A stretch of DNA of 64,000 nt, taken from assembly GCA_040357565.1 (NCBI GenBank), contig JBDODJ010000011.1; one strand, 5' to 3'. Each line of letters begins with the position of its first letter. Positions within the stretch are counted from its first letter, which is position 1. A program made the position numbers and the translations under genes. The stretch is from Cercozoa sp. M6MM. Its lineage: Eukaryota; Protista; Endomyxa: Ascetosporea. This document shows, one piece after another, positions 1 to 13,000 of this stretch. Under the pieces are notes generated by a model. The model ran no database searches and was not told the DNA's origin. It saw only the letters and a program-made list of their open reading frames with translations.

Positions 1-1448
1 AAGGGGTCTAAAGCAACTACAGTACTCTTCGAATGCGTCCATAGCAGGCGGCATTGCGAACAGTTTCGCCATGATCCACATCAGCACTAGGGGGGGGGGG
101 GGGGTAGGGTAAAGGTGGGTGTGGTAAAAAAGCAAAAAGCAAGCACCCCACGCAGCTGACCAGTTGAGAATCGACGAGTACACCGAGAAGGACAAGACAC
201 CACTGCATACACACAGTGACATAGACCCAGACCAGACATAGAGACACAAACACAGTGCACTACCTCTTGCGAACACCGGCATAGGCCAGCTGCGCCGTTC
301 GCTGCATGCGACGCAGCGTTAGCAGGAATTGCACCACAAGGACGGCGCTGTGTCAGCCCAACATAGCACACATACAACAACGCCCCCCCCCAATGGAACG
401 CAGTGTCAGGGTGAAGACGCACCATAACACAAAGTGCACAAGCGACAGCTGCGGAACGGCACGGAATGTGTGTATTGCGAAGCATATGCCGCTGGATTCG
501 GCAATGCGACCAAAGTCGTCTAACGCGCGCATCGTGCCGCCGACTACGGCAAAAAACAACAACAAACAAGTACAATCTGCACAAGTCGCAATTCCTGTAT
601 CATCATTCAACATCAGCGCACGAATGGCGACGCCAAAGGTACCGTGTGTGCACTGCAGACACAGCCCAGCACTCACTCACGACACAAAAAGATCCGTTGG
701 GCGGTGGCACTCTTGGAGAAGATTATTCCGGTTCAATACGAGACAGCCAGCATACGACCGTGACGGGGACATACAGAATCAGTGACCACCACAAGTGGTC
801 ATCGCTGACTGGTAGAAAGAATCATCACTCTGAAAACCGGCCTCTCGCTTGTTACTTAGTGTTGTGGACCACAGTGAGCATGTGTATCTGCTGAGGTGTA
901 GGTGTCTACGCACAAATAGTTCCAATGGCACTAGTTTGAATCCTGTCTTTTGTGGGTTGAAACCTCGTACATGAGTGCCGGTCGCAGCGCTTTGTTCCGC
1001 CCGCCGCAGAGCATCATGTCGCTCGGAGATGCGCACTGCCTTGGAGTGTTATCAAGGGTTTAGATGTGCGAACTTCAGTACCTGGCAACGCCCCTCGTCC
1101 TTCGCCGAACGCGCTTGCATCTGCCGTCAACACAGCCAGAAAGTACAGCAGTACGACACATATCGAAAAGAAAAACGCACGGAGAGGCGAACGCGGGTAT
1201 TGATGAAGACTTCGTTTTCGTTCGAGTCGGCGAAGCATGGCGCTGTCCGGCTGTTTTGTTTCGTTCTCGGTCTTGTGTTCGAGTTCGACTGAAACCTTGT
1301 CGCCGGTGCCGGCTCCTGTCTTCTCGTCGAGTCTGTGGCGTTGAACTGTGGACGAGCGTCGGCGCAGCACCGAAATCGATCGTGCCAATCTCGAAAGCAA
1401 CGATCCTGCGAAATGGCCCCGAATGTCACATTTATCACTCAAGGGCAA
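1..1448 (-). CDS. Multi-exon hypothetical membrane protein, running off the window start
   Basis: Minus-strand exons bounded by GT-AG read as hydrophobic segments: VLMWIMAKLFAMPP (~30-87), GVLSFSVYSSILNWSAAW (~147-203), AVLVVQFLLTLRR (~265-348), LSLVHFVLWCVFTLT. No family recognised; start uncertain. Confidence 0.4.
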
Positions 1449-2942
1449 ATCTATTTACCACGTGACGGATTTGAGTCGGATGTGCGTTTCATGATCGATC
1501 CTCGTTTTTCTGCTGTAAAATAGAGTCATGTTTGCATTGCAGTAGTGTGGGCGGTCGACTCGCGCACTCGTTCGCTTTCTCTGTGTGTTTACCAGATGCT
1601 GCCAATGCACGCGTGTCCGTGACGGATTGTTTCTTCTCCTCACTCGACAGTCGAGGCGATTGTGACACCGGAATGAGCTAAACCAGCAACGACAAACAGA
1701 GGTAAAAGTTTCAGTTGCTACAAAGTACTTTTGTATTACCTGTCGTTTTTCGTCGGTTTCTTTTTGAGCTGTCCGTACGGCAGGAGGCATACTAGCCGTG
1801 AACAGAATGTCTGCGTTGCTCTAAAAACTTGTGCTATCGCGAGTTTAAAAGTACAGTATGCAGTACAGTCGGTAGTTGTACAATACCTGCTTGTCGATGA
1901 GTCTGGAAACGATTTCGTCTCCACCGAACACCTCTTCTGTCAAGCTGTGTCTGTGGCAAAAACGTTCAAGGCGGCGGCCTTTGTCTCTATTCGAAAGGTA
2001 TATTACCGGGCGAATGTATGGAGTAAATGCCGTACAACCGACAGTGACCTTTCTTTAGTGCCGGTACGTGAACGCTGTACAAATTCAGGTGTCACAGCTA
2101 TAAATAAACAGTCACTCATGCAAAAAGGATATATAGTACCAACTCTTCAGGAAGCGTCTCTGCCAACTTGTGCGCGAACTGCAGCGGAATCGTCGTTCTC
2201 TCGACAAGCGCACCGGTGACGTCGCTCGAGGACAAGCATTCCAAAATCGAAACGACCTACAGTGTGCAGCTTTATACTTACGTATGGAGGGGCTCTAAAT
2301 GGAGGACACCTCCGATGTAAACACATGAGGGCCGCAAGGATCACGAAGCTCCCCTTGTAACCAGAGCTGGCAGTTTGAGATTCCCGCCGCGAACAACTGT
2401 AATACAGTAAATTAACTCACAACTAAAACTTGACAGAGCTATGAGCAGTGGATCATGTTTGTACCACGTGCAAGACGGAAAACAGAGGGATCTGTGTTGG
2501 AAACATAGAATCAAGCAGCACTTGATAACGCTGCTCAAGCACTTTGTTCTCGCGTGCATGGAGCAATGTGTTTCGAAGGTAGTTGTCGTCGCACTGACCT
2601 GACTGGCGCGCGAATTGCACCGTCTTCTTCAGCAACCCCAGTGAAAGCGCTTTTAGTGCTTTGCACACTACCCAGTCAGAAAAAACGTATACACTGTTTT
2701 GCGATCACAACATTTAGAGCTGAACGGCGTTTCAAACCACTCTCTATGTCTCCCAGCCGCGAAACTTCACGTTGCGCCGAAGCTGGGGCGTGCATGAACG
2801 CACGCGACCGTAGTTCATCCTATGAGTAAGTTATATGTTGCTGGTGCAGTCACTACACAACGAAAACTGCACCGAATTTTCTCCACGGACTTCAGACGCA
2901 CTTTCCAATCTTTCTAATTCTTCCTCTTCCCCTGCAGTAAAT

Positions 2943-5429
2943 TTATGAAGTTGAAAACAAACTGATTTCAGCTAAATTACATTTCAGAAACAGGGACGTC
3001 TGCCCTTCGTCTTCCGACGACGCGAACGGGTCCCGCATCTGCTGGAATACTTCGAGGATACATACTGTACAGCAGGGTAAACAACTCACAGACACAGTCG
3101 CGGGATCCGACAAGTTTTCCGCACACAGAGTTATGATTAAATCGTGAATCTTGTCTCGAAGAAAGAGCGTTTTCGCCGCCCGGAAGGCGAACACCCTAAC
3201 GTAATCATCCTCTCTCAGCACATCCCAACTGGTCGCCCCAGTAAATTTGTACCAGCGATCCCGATCGGCACTGCAGTCAAAGTGCAAGTTCAAGTTTACG
3301 AGAATCTCGTCTTCACGGCCAGGAACACTTGCCTGGAGCGACAGGATTGGGGCACAAAAACTTTCACGTTCGGTCGTTTGAGGAGTAAATTTATATGTAA
3401 ATTAGAATGAAAGGTGGGATACTCCGGGTAGCAGGAGAGAGTTCTTTCGTTGCGGACGCAAGCTCCGTCTGCGTTCTTTTGCCTGCGAACTGATATTTTC
3501 CAGCATTTCAATCTTGTACGCGCTCATCTTGCGCGTGACACATAAAGGAGGAAGATCCCGGATTTCGTCTTTCGATGGAGTGCACTGTGTGACAAAGTGA
3601 ACTCGTATTGTGGGCTTTCCTCAAAGATGAAGAGTAGACGCCGTACAGCTGCGGAGCCAAACAAAACCCAGCACGCGTGGGAACTCAGTCGCTTGGCGGT
3701 GATAGATACGACTTCACTGTCGCGCTTGACTTCATCATCACTTGACTGGTTCACCTAAGTCAGTTTAAAGTCCAGGACCGTACATGAAACACTGTCCACC
3801 GAACGTAAATTTACAGTCTCCACTAAAAAGGCATCAACGAAAGCATGCGACTTTTTGTCGAGCAGCAAGAGGATCACAGTGTCGTTGGGTTCAGTGAAGA
3901 GGAAAGCACGATGCGACTCCACCCGCACATGACGAAGAAAACTGGATAGCGTCTCGACGTAGAGAACACCGGAGCTAAAAAGGACAGACAAGACTGTTCC
4001 AGATCGAGGAGAAAAAGCACGGAGAAATGCGATGCGCGCGTAAACGCGAGGTATGCACATAAAATCGCCCAGGGTTTAAGTAAAACACCTGCAAAGTGGA
4101 AACTCGAGCAAACTACTACGCAGTGACAACATATCCTGCGTAAATTTACCGAAAGAAAGTCACTCTCGCGCTTGATTGCAGCAACGTAGGCTTGCAGGTT
4201 GTGAGCATAGGAATTGCTTTTCATGAGTCGCAGAAGCGCTTTAACGACTGGTTGGTCCTGTAATCGCTTTTCATAAGTTGCAAGGAGACAGAGACGCAGT
4301 TCAATTTGTAATCGGAGTAAATACCTCATTGATTTGTTGAGCGACATTTATGTGAGCAGTCAGCAGTTTGCCCATCGTTCCGAGAAGTTCAGCACGATGA
4401 GTCGAATCTTCCTACCATATACAACATTTGGAGTCACACACATTTGCCTCATGGCCGGGCACGTCGTTTAACATACAGTGACGGTGGATTCAAGAAGCCA
4501 ATTGTATCGATCTCGGAACACAGCTGTCTCCCAGACGAACTGAGTGAGTGCGCGATGTCCAAATTTGCCTGTGTTTTGCATTGTCGCATTCCTAGCGAGT
4601 TTGCAGCGGATTAAGCGACCTTACAGTCAACTGTAAATTCAGAAAATTAGTACCGCTCGGTTATTGTCGGGCAGTCTGTTTCAGCCTGACGCTCCGATGT
4701 GTTACAACGCCACCTTCCTGGGTCACGAGGGAGGTGCAATCCGCTCACTGCCGTGCGAAAAGTTGAAAGGAGACACAGATAGGAGTTGAGTAAAGGTACT
4801 GCAAGGGGCAGTCAATTTGTGTATAACTTCAACTCAAATGCAGAAAATGGCCGACGCCGATTTTGCTCGCTCGAAGCCCAAGAAGCGAGCGGATGCGTTG
4901 ATCAGCGCGCGACTCTAGATTCTTACTCTTTGGGATCTTCTGTTCCTGAAGTTTCGCGTCTGCCGTAGTTTGCCGTACATGTGAAATTGCAGCCAAGCTG
5001 GGTCAAATGCCATCCGCGCGGGCACCACGAAGCAACTGAATACGAGAATGCCAGTGCATCAACTGAAATGTCTGTTCTCCAGGTAGAACAACCGGAAGCG
5101 ACACTCATATCTTACACTGAGCAATTGAAAATGCTACTGCAAGTTAACTGAAGACACCATGGTGTGTTCACAGGCCGCGGCTCAAACAGTTCCATAATGG
5201 GTTGAATGATGCGCAGCTGACGTGAAGCCGAATTTTGCGTACTGGCAGCAGCGGTGGGTCGAATGCGTTGCTTTAGGGATACAGAAGTGTTTGCTCGTTT
5301 AACAGGCATCCATGTCCAAGTAGAACATATTTCACAGTCGCAAACTGTGGCATTCTCCGCTTTCTTTGAGCATTTGAGCAGAGTGCGATTGGTCGCACGC
5401 TTGTTGCTTTTCAGCTTGTTGGTCGACAT
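2943..5429 (-). CDS. Hypothetical short-intron gene or genes
   Basis: Chain of plausible minus-strand exon ORFs (e.g. LLATYEKRLQDQPVVKALLRLMKS, DRDRWYKFTGATSWDVLREDDY). Could be one or two genes; no homology recognised. Confidence 0.3.
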
Positions 5430-5603
5430 TTATGCGTGTTCCTGTAAGTTGTCAGCTCTCTGACGCAACAAACGTGCTCGGCTCGAGCCTTAACGCAAGT
5501 ATTATGAAACAGGCTTTTCGTGGCTAAAGAGACGAAGTTCTCGGGCTCGACGAGAAACACCAGTGTAAATTGTACTGTTTATCGTGTCTAATTTACTACC
5601 GAG

Positions 5604-7322
5604 ATGCGTACTGTAATATATGTTGACTTTTCCGCCGCCGTTCTCAGGAACTTGGACAGGAGACCGAGTAATCCGCTTGCGTCGTTGAACCCTCCATCAG
5701 CTCCCGGCTACATGAGCTCTGACACGAGCTCTGACACGAAGCAGGAAAACAACGAGACCGAAGTGCAGCGTCTGGCGCGCACAGTCCGCGCGAACTCATT
5801 GTATTACTGATATCTAAACTGCCCATCAAACAGAGTGTTGAACTCGTGCACTGGCAGGTACGACGACGTGGAAGCATTGACAGCACTCGTTATGCACACC
5901 GTAGATGAGGATTCAGACGCATGGGAGAACCTCCGTGAAGTGAGATGGCGAGCACTACCCTCATCACCCGTGTCACAGTGCTGGCACTTCCTGTGTGGGC
6001 ACTTGGAGTGGGCGACATTCACCTGTGAGAATCTTTCGCCAATCTCAGCCTAAGATTGGCAGATCCTCTAATTTGCGCTGCTGTAAATTTACTGCTGTCA
6101 GAAACTTCGAGTTCACAACTGCTCCAAACGACGAAGACTCCTTCATCGCGCGGAACGAACTCTACGCCAAGTCAATTCTACTTCGCTGGGGTATCAAATG
6201 CCATGTTTACGCATAAAACTTAATTTATTGCTATGCCTGGACTTGTAAATTTAGCTGAAGAAAAAACCACCTTACTGGACTATGCCGAGACCAGGTATAC
6301 GAGGCCCGTTAGCCTGTTTCCACGCAGCGTGTTTCTCGTTGCTGGTGACACCGTCGACACTGAAGTGGTACCACAAAGGGACTTTTGGCAGCACTGATAA
6401 TCGACACCTGATGCTGTTCTGGGACAGTTTCCAAGGCTACACGCCCGAAGCAACCGTTTCGGCACTGCCGATGCGGCTGATCACTTCTGTTCATGCACTT
6501 CCAACGCCATGTGTACACCCAACTTTCGTCCTTCAATCCACCGGGACTTGTAATTTACAACTGGCAACATTTGCAATGGCGTTCCAGCGGAAATGCGTCA
6601 GAGCCTGCTGACTGTGGATGGCGATACCGACTGGAGCACGCTTCATGAGGCCTATCTGTGGGCCCTCCACGCACCGCGGGATACAGATGTGGGTCTTATC
6701 TGTATGCATGTGAATGCAGCTGTACCTGTACTATGACAGGACATGGACGGAGCGACTTCAGTCTTCGAAGCGCTGTTTGGCCAGAAGAAACGACGAATCC
6801 AGCTGTGTAAACTCACATCTCTCACCCCCTCTCGGGAGTAGATACAAACAGTCCGCACTTGTCCATGTGCTTTTGGTGGTCACAGGGACAGCTGCTGGCA
6901 CATACACCATGACATGTCCACAGACAGGTAGCCAAACTACCGATGAAACGAGTTAATTATTGTCGCAAAATAGGACAAACCTATGTCTCTCTGATCCGGC
7001 CACCCAAGAAGCGACAGCAACAAAGCAACGAGGCTGACAGTTGCTTCTTGCGTCGCCACACGGTACTGATCATGATTCAGGCAGTGTGCAAACACTAGAC
7101 TGTCCTCTTAGATGAGTGCTCTCACTGTGAACAGCCACTGCGGGACTCACTGACACAGCTGCAACTGATACATTCTCTCATCAAGCGGTGTCGACACATC
7201 TGCTCCCCGAATGACGCGCAGTGTTCGTCTCACTGTCGGTGGGCACACGTTACCCTTGCGGCACTCACCAACGTACCCTCCACACGAGTCATAGCGAGAA
7301 CATCAACGTGTGTGTGTGTGTG

Positions 7323-7382
<60 letters not shown>

Positions 7383-7948
7383 CGTATGTGTGTGTATACG
7401 TATGTGTGTGTATGTGTGTGTGTGTGTGTGCGTGTGTGTTAGAACGTGGCCGGCAGAGGCTTCCTGTGTGTAACGATTCTGCGGTCGCTGGGACACCTGG
7501 CAGCGCGTGCCTTCTGCCACAGCGTGCACGAAAACGCTCCCGACTGTATCGTGTGCGGTGACAAGATCACCGAGTACGAACGGTATCTCTGCCCGTGTTC
7601 TCTTCAAGACCATGATTGTATCAACCACGCTGTGTCGGTGCTGAGACAGGACAATAATGCAGCCACTCACACGACAGCACAATGTCGGACACTACATCTG
7701 TCTCAATTGCTTGCTATACAGGTACACATGCGCACACACACATTGTTCTTTGGGAGAGTATGTTCGGCCTGATGAAACTTTGGATGTAGTGCGCACACGC
7801 GACACAACTGCGCAGTGTGCCGGCACAGACACGAACCCGCTGCGTAATTATCTTCTTTCTGGTATCAAAATTGTCTATACGGAAAAACGCTTCAGTCTGC
7901 TCGAGATCCTCCTGACGCTGATTTTTCACATCCACATACAACTGGCAG

Positions 7949-8017
<69 letters not shown>

Positions 8018-8470
8018 TGCCCAACAGGAAAGACGAAATCGTCAAGCGCACGCTCAAGCACTTGTGCGAACTGGGAGCTAGCACTTGCACCGACGATCTT
8101 TGTACGCATTCACATGCTTCCGCGTTGGACTACCGTCTGTCATTGTGACTGTCTGCATATACAGGAAGTCGGAACTGCTGCAGCGACGTCCTCTATTTTG
8201 GGACAGCACCTCGTGCACACGCTGGTGACACTGGCTGCATTACCGACAATGCGAAATGGCCGACTAAACTTACAGGCACCCGTGCCAACTGCCGTCAGTG
8301 CGTCTTCTGCACCAGCTGCAGCATCCCGACCAATATCTTCACAGGCTGTGAATCTGCACATGCCGGCATCCCCGTCCACTGACAGTCCGAGTCGGCCGGT
8401 GCGGTCGAGTGGGACCTGCAGTGCCCCGCACAGTCCGGATCCCGCGAGTGCCAATATCTTCAGCTGCTAA
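5604..8470 (+). CDS. Hypothetical multi-exon protein with a Cys/His-rich segment and Ser/Pro-rich C-terminus
   Basis: A 33-nt GT-AG intron (5801-5833) joins ...ANSL to [15 protein letters not shown]. The exon at ~7443-7720 has CIVC...CPC...HDC. The last exon ends at TAA 8468-8470. Confidence 0.45.
7307..7439. repeat. (GT)n microsatellite, intronic
   Basis: Directly visible; a (CA)n run also lies at 7952-8014. Confidence 0.95.
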
Positions 8471-9123
8471 TTGTCGTCAGAAAAACGACTGAAAAAAATG
8501 TCTTCGCTTTTACTGTACCCGTCCTTGAAAGTCCGTGGACAACGCGGCCTTAACTATCTGAACGCTGAGACGCCTTTGAGAAAGAATAAAAAAGTTGTAA
8601 AAGGGACTCTTCTTTGCGAGGCTGAGCACAAGATACTCGTTCGCGGGCCGCCAACCAAAAGGCCGACGTCTAGTTTCTCTCGTAGAACGAAACTTATAAA
8701 GAGTATGGACTCAATTACTTCATTCCTTGCAAGTTGAGACCTGCCCTAGGCTCAACTTTTGCAGTGGTGGAGAATCCGGGGTTGCTTTTTGCCCCCCTGG
8801 CAAACCAAATTTAAACTAATTTGTTTCCTTTGCTTTCGGATTTTTCTTGCAACCCTCCAACCACACCCAGTTTCGCGTATCTCGCCTCTGATTTGACCCA
8901 AACTATCCAAATTTACTTCCGACCTTTGGTTGGCCCTGTGGTCCCAATTCAGTTGCGAGAGGCAGATCAGTTTCCTTTGGCTTTACTTTGTTTCAGCGAT
9001 AGATCGCCCCCACTGCACCGAAAAAAAAATCTTGTCTCGCCCGTCCCGTGAGGAAGACGAACCCCACTCCGATCCACTGTCACTCCCTACTTCTGGACCA
9101 GTCCATGGAGTGAGTGGCCGGCA

Positions 9124-9456
9124 GTGGATGTGGATTTCAAGAATGACATGCGCGATTTCAAGATTGACATTCGCGACATGTTGCAGCAGCAAATCAATCA
9201 GCAGCAGCAGCAAGTCGACAAGCAACTGGAGAGTTTCAAGCAGCAACTCAATCAGCAGCAGCAAGTCGACAAGCAACTGGAGAATTTCAAAGCCGCTGCC
9301 GACGAGCGCGCGGCCGACAGCGGTCTGGACATCAACCGCTTGCTGCGACACCTGCAGTCAGCACAAAGCTATGCTCAAGTACCTGCCCATGTACGTGGAG
9401 AAGCTCCGCACTGCGGTCTTTGCCGAGTACTCGCGCAGATTCCTGAGCAAATGTAA
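9124..9456 (+). pseudogene. Coiled-coil/Gln-rich coding fragment with an internal tandem duplication
   Basis: QQQINQQQQQVDKQLESFK / QQLNQQQQVDKQLENFK duplicated at ~9184-9290. Protein-like text appears to continue in another frame (HKAMLKYLPMYVEKLRTAVFAEYSRRFL), suggesting a frameshift. No ATG start. Confidence 0.4.
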
Positions 9457-9807
9457 ATTTAAGTTTACGCGTGGGGCCAACCTTGTCTTTCTAGTGGTTG
9501 TTCCAGAATGTATTTGCAGGCTACATTCGCAATGCCACTGCTAACGCCCAAGATGTCGCCGGCGACGTCGCCACAAGATAGTGGCGGGCTTTTGTCATCG
9601 ACTTGATTTGGGGCGTTCAAGATTTTTTGAAAGATCATAAGTTACATATTTCGACTGTATTTCTAACGCAGTTTCTAGAACCGCTCTATACATTTCGAGC
9701 TATCCGATCGGGATGCATATATCAATCTAGATCATTCTAGAGTGCGCCGAACCTTGCCTCACGTAGAACCCTAGGATTCGGATGCCGAAATATGAACGAA
9801 AACTGAA

Positions 9808-9895
9808 TTGATTCTACGGGGTGGTGGTGCATGGCTGTTCTTAGTTGGTGGGGTGATTTGTCTGGTTAATTCCGATAACGAACGAGACCTCAGCC
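9808..9895 (+). rRNA. Isolated 88-nt fragment of eukaryotic 18S rRNA (pseudogenic)
   Basis: TTGATTCTACGGGGTGGTGGTGCATGGCTGTTCTTAGTTGGTGGGGTGATTTGTCTGGTTAATTCCGATAACGAACGAGACCTCAGCC matches the conserved GGTGGTGCATGGCCGTTCTTAGTTGGTGG...AACGAACGAGACC block with a few substitutions. The flanks are not rRNA-like. Confidence 0.93.
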
Positions 9896-10014
9896 CTTTC
9901 TTAGCTCAGCTATCTACAGTATCGATACTTGAAAATTCAGACGTTTGAGTGTGTACCTGGAAGTGCCATGCACCCGGGGTGGGTCACAAAAGCATAATCT
10001 TGTCTATCGCTCGC

Positions 10015-13000
10015 TTAGGGTACTATATGACCATGCGATTCATGGTATTGTTGGCGTACAAGGATTTGCTGCCGGGGGTCAGGATCCGGAGGGGGTTGGC
10101 CATGAGCCATCCTCGAAAATCTGGGAAAGTGCCCCAGATTTCCTTGATTGTCTCGCTTGGACTGCGAAAGCGCGGCGCCGATGGCGAATTGACTCGCGTC
10201 CGTGTGCATCAAGAACGGTAGCTCCCAGTTTGGGTGGTGCAGCAGCGTGGCTTCCGACAGCGTGTTCTTGAGTGTCTTGAATGCCGTGTCGTGTGCAGGT
10301 CCCCACTCGCGCTTGACGATTGTGCCTTTCTTGGTCAGTGACGTCAGTGGCTTGGCGATCTTGGCATAGTCCTTGATGAAGCGACGGTAGTACCCCGTGA
10401 ATCCAAGGAAAGCCCGCACGTCGGTGGCGTTTCCACACGGTTTTGTCCACTCGCGCAGCGCCTTCACTTTATCTGGATCCGGTCGGCATCCTTCGCCGTC
10501 GACGATATGTCCGAGGTACTTGATTCGTTCCTTGGCGAAGAAGCACTTCTTGGGTGAGACTCTGATGCCGTATTCTCGCAGCAGCCCGAGGACGTGCTCG
10601 ACGTCCTTCACGTGTTGTTCTCGCGTCTCGCTGGCGATGACGATATCGTCCATGTAGCACGTCGCCGGAGCGCCTGCCAAGATGCTGTCCATGTTCCGTT
10701 GCAGTGCCGCCGGCGAGTTGATCCAGCCGAAGGGTAGGACTTTCCATTCGAACAAGCCGCTCCCTGTGATGAAGGCTGTCTTGTGTCGATCGGCAGGCTT
10801 GAGAGGAATCTGCCAGAACATGTCCTTGCCGTCGAGCTGGGTGAAGACTCTCTTCCCGACCATGTCCTCGATCTCGGCTCGCGTTCGGCGCATCGGGTAG
10901 CGGTCGGCGATTGTCAGGTCGTTCAGGCGACGATAGTCAATGCAGAAGCGTTGCGCGCCGTCCTTCTTTGTCACGAAAAGCGTGGGCGAAGCGTAGGGCG
11001 ACTTGCTTGGTTGGATGAAGCCGCGGTCGAGGAGCTGCTGCACTTGTCGTCGCTCTGCTTCGGTGAGCTTTGGGTTTTTCCGCCGGGCTTTCTCCCTCAC
11101 CGGCATCTGATCTTTGAGCAGGATCTCCACCGGCGGCACTCTTGCTGGCGTGTCGCCTCGCGGCAGTTCGAATATCGACTTGTTCTGCCGCAGAATCGTC
11201 TCCATGGCGGTTGCGAAGTCGGTCTTGTCTCCTCCTGCTCGTAGCGCTTGCAGTTGCGCTTTGACCTGCACGGGCAGTCCGTCGGACGTGAGCTCTTCCT
11301 GCTGCACGTCGGTCGCCAGTCGGATTTCGCTTATTCCTGGTGGAGTCAAGGCGTCTGTCTTGCCAATACCCGACTCGTCTTCTTCTTCCTCGCAATCGTC
11401 TTTGCGTGTCAGCGCGCCGATCGACATCGCCTGGTTGCTTCCGAGCGTCGCGATCATTCTTGGAGGCGCCGTTGCTGACTTCCACCACTTGGTCCCCTTG
11501 AAGGCCTGGAGTTGCACGTAGGGTTTGTCGTAGCAGAATTCGAGTTTGGCCGTCCGCATGAAGTCGTAACCCAAAATGAAGTCGACTTCGATCGGCAGGC
11601 CTGCAACGGCCAGGAACGGCCATGCGATGGTAGTCTTCTCCTCCGTGGTCGGGTCCACCACAATCATCTTGAGTTCGAGTGTGCCGACAATTTTCTTTTC
11701 GTGGCCAGTTGCGCCAATGATCGTCCCTGCTCGGGTTTGCTTGGCCGTTGTCTCCACGAAGTCCCTTTCCTCTTCGGTGAGTGCCTCCGCACGTGCCACG
11801 CTGATCTCGGCCCCCGAGTCCAGCCCCATGCGTGTGAATTGGTAGTTCCTCTCGTTGGCCGCGTCGTCTCCTGGCCGGTCGACGCGGAGGTGTGGTGCGT
11901 CGACAACGATCAACGTCGGCTCCTGTGGCTTGGGGTCAGTGCGAAGTAGACGGCTGTCGTGTCGGTCGTGACGCATCGTTCGTACGTGGTGCGTCTCGCG
12001 TGGCTTAACCACGAGGTCTGTCGTTGATTTTCCTGGTTTCTCTGGTAGACGAGCCGGTGTGACAAAGTCGGGTCGGCGGTCTCGGCGAGGACAGTCTCGT
12101 CTTGCGCGATTCTCTCGACAGCGCCCGCAGTATGGCATGCACTGACGTGGTGGCGTCCGGCATGTGTTTCGGTAGTGCCCCTGCCGCCCGCAACGGTAGC
12201 AGGTCACCCTTCCGCGGTTCCTGTCTCTGCCGGTGTGATGCTCGGCTTCTTTCTTGCTCTGATCCACCGGGGTTGTAGTCTGTCCTGTCGGCGCCGTCGT
12301 GGCTCCGCGGACCGCTGCCGCGATTGCCATGAAGTTGCACTTTTCTGCGCCGAACTCCTTGTCCTTCTCCAGCGTAGCGATGCGCGTCTCGTACTTGGCT
12401 ACCCGCGCTTGGGTATCGAGGCGCGTCGTCAGTTCGTTGATCTTCTGCTGGAGTTTCGTCACCCGCTCGTTGGCGCTTTGCTCTTGCTCGTTCTTGTGTT
12501 CGAGTTGGCCCGCGCGTCTCTGAGACTTTTTCTGTCTTCTCTTCTGATCGTTCTCTTTCTTTCGGTGGGGCCGCCCGTCCTGTCCGATTTCTGCTCGAGG
12601 TCGGTCGTCACGTCTCTCTTTGCCTTCGGAAGGCAGGGTTTGGGCCCTCGGCTCACTCTCCGGCCGCGGTGGCGAGCCGTTCTCCTTTTTTCTCTTTTCC
12701 TTGTCATTGTAACTTTCACTGTCTCTGATTTTTCTGTCTTCTCTTTCCTGTTCCTTTTCTTGTTCTTTCTTGTCTTCCTTGTCCTGGCACGTTGCTGCTT
12801 CCGCGACGCTAACAGGCGCTGCCGATCTCGCGGCGCCGGGATCCAAGCTCGTTCTTGCTTCCTTTATGGCTTCCTCCTTGTCACCAAGCGTCAGCCATCC
12901 GGTCGTGAGACTGAGTGGCCTTGTGACGGCTGTGTCTTGACTGCCGTGAACCACGTTGGCAATCATTGAGGCGGCCACGATGAGCAGCAATGTCGGTGGC

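Noticed and set aside
5604-8470. Stop-codon reassignment to explain short ORFs
   Set aside because: Short GT-AG introns remove the stops where tested, and TAA, TAG and TGA all end well-supported genes.
9893-9910. tRNA gene (TAGCTCAG A-box-like sequence)
   Set aside because: No anticodon or T arm and no GTTCRA downstream.
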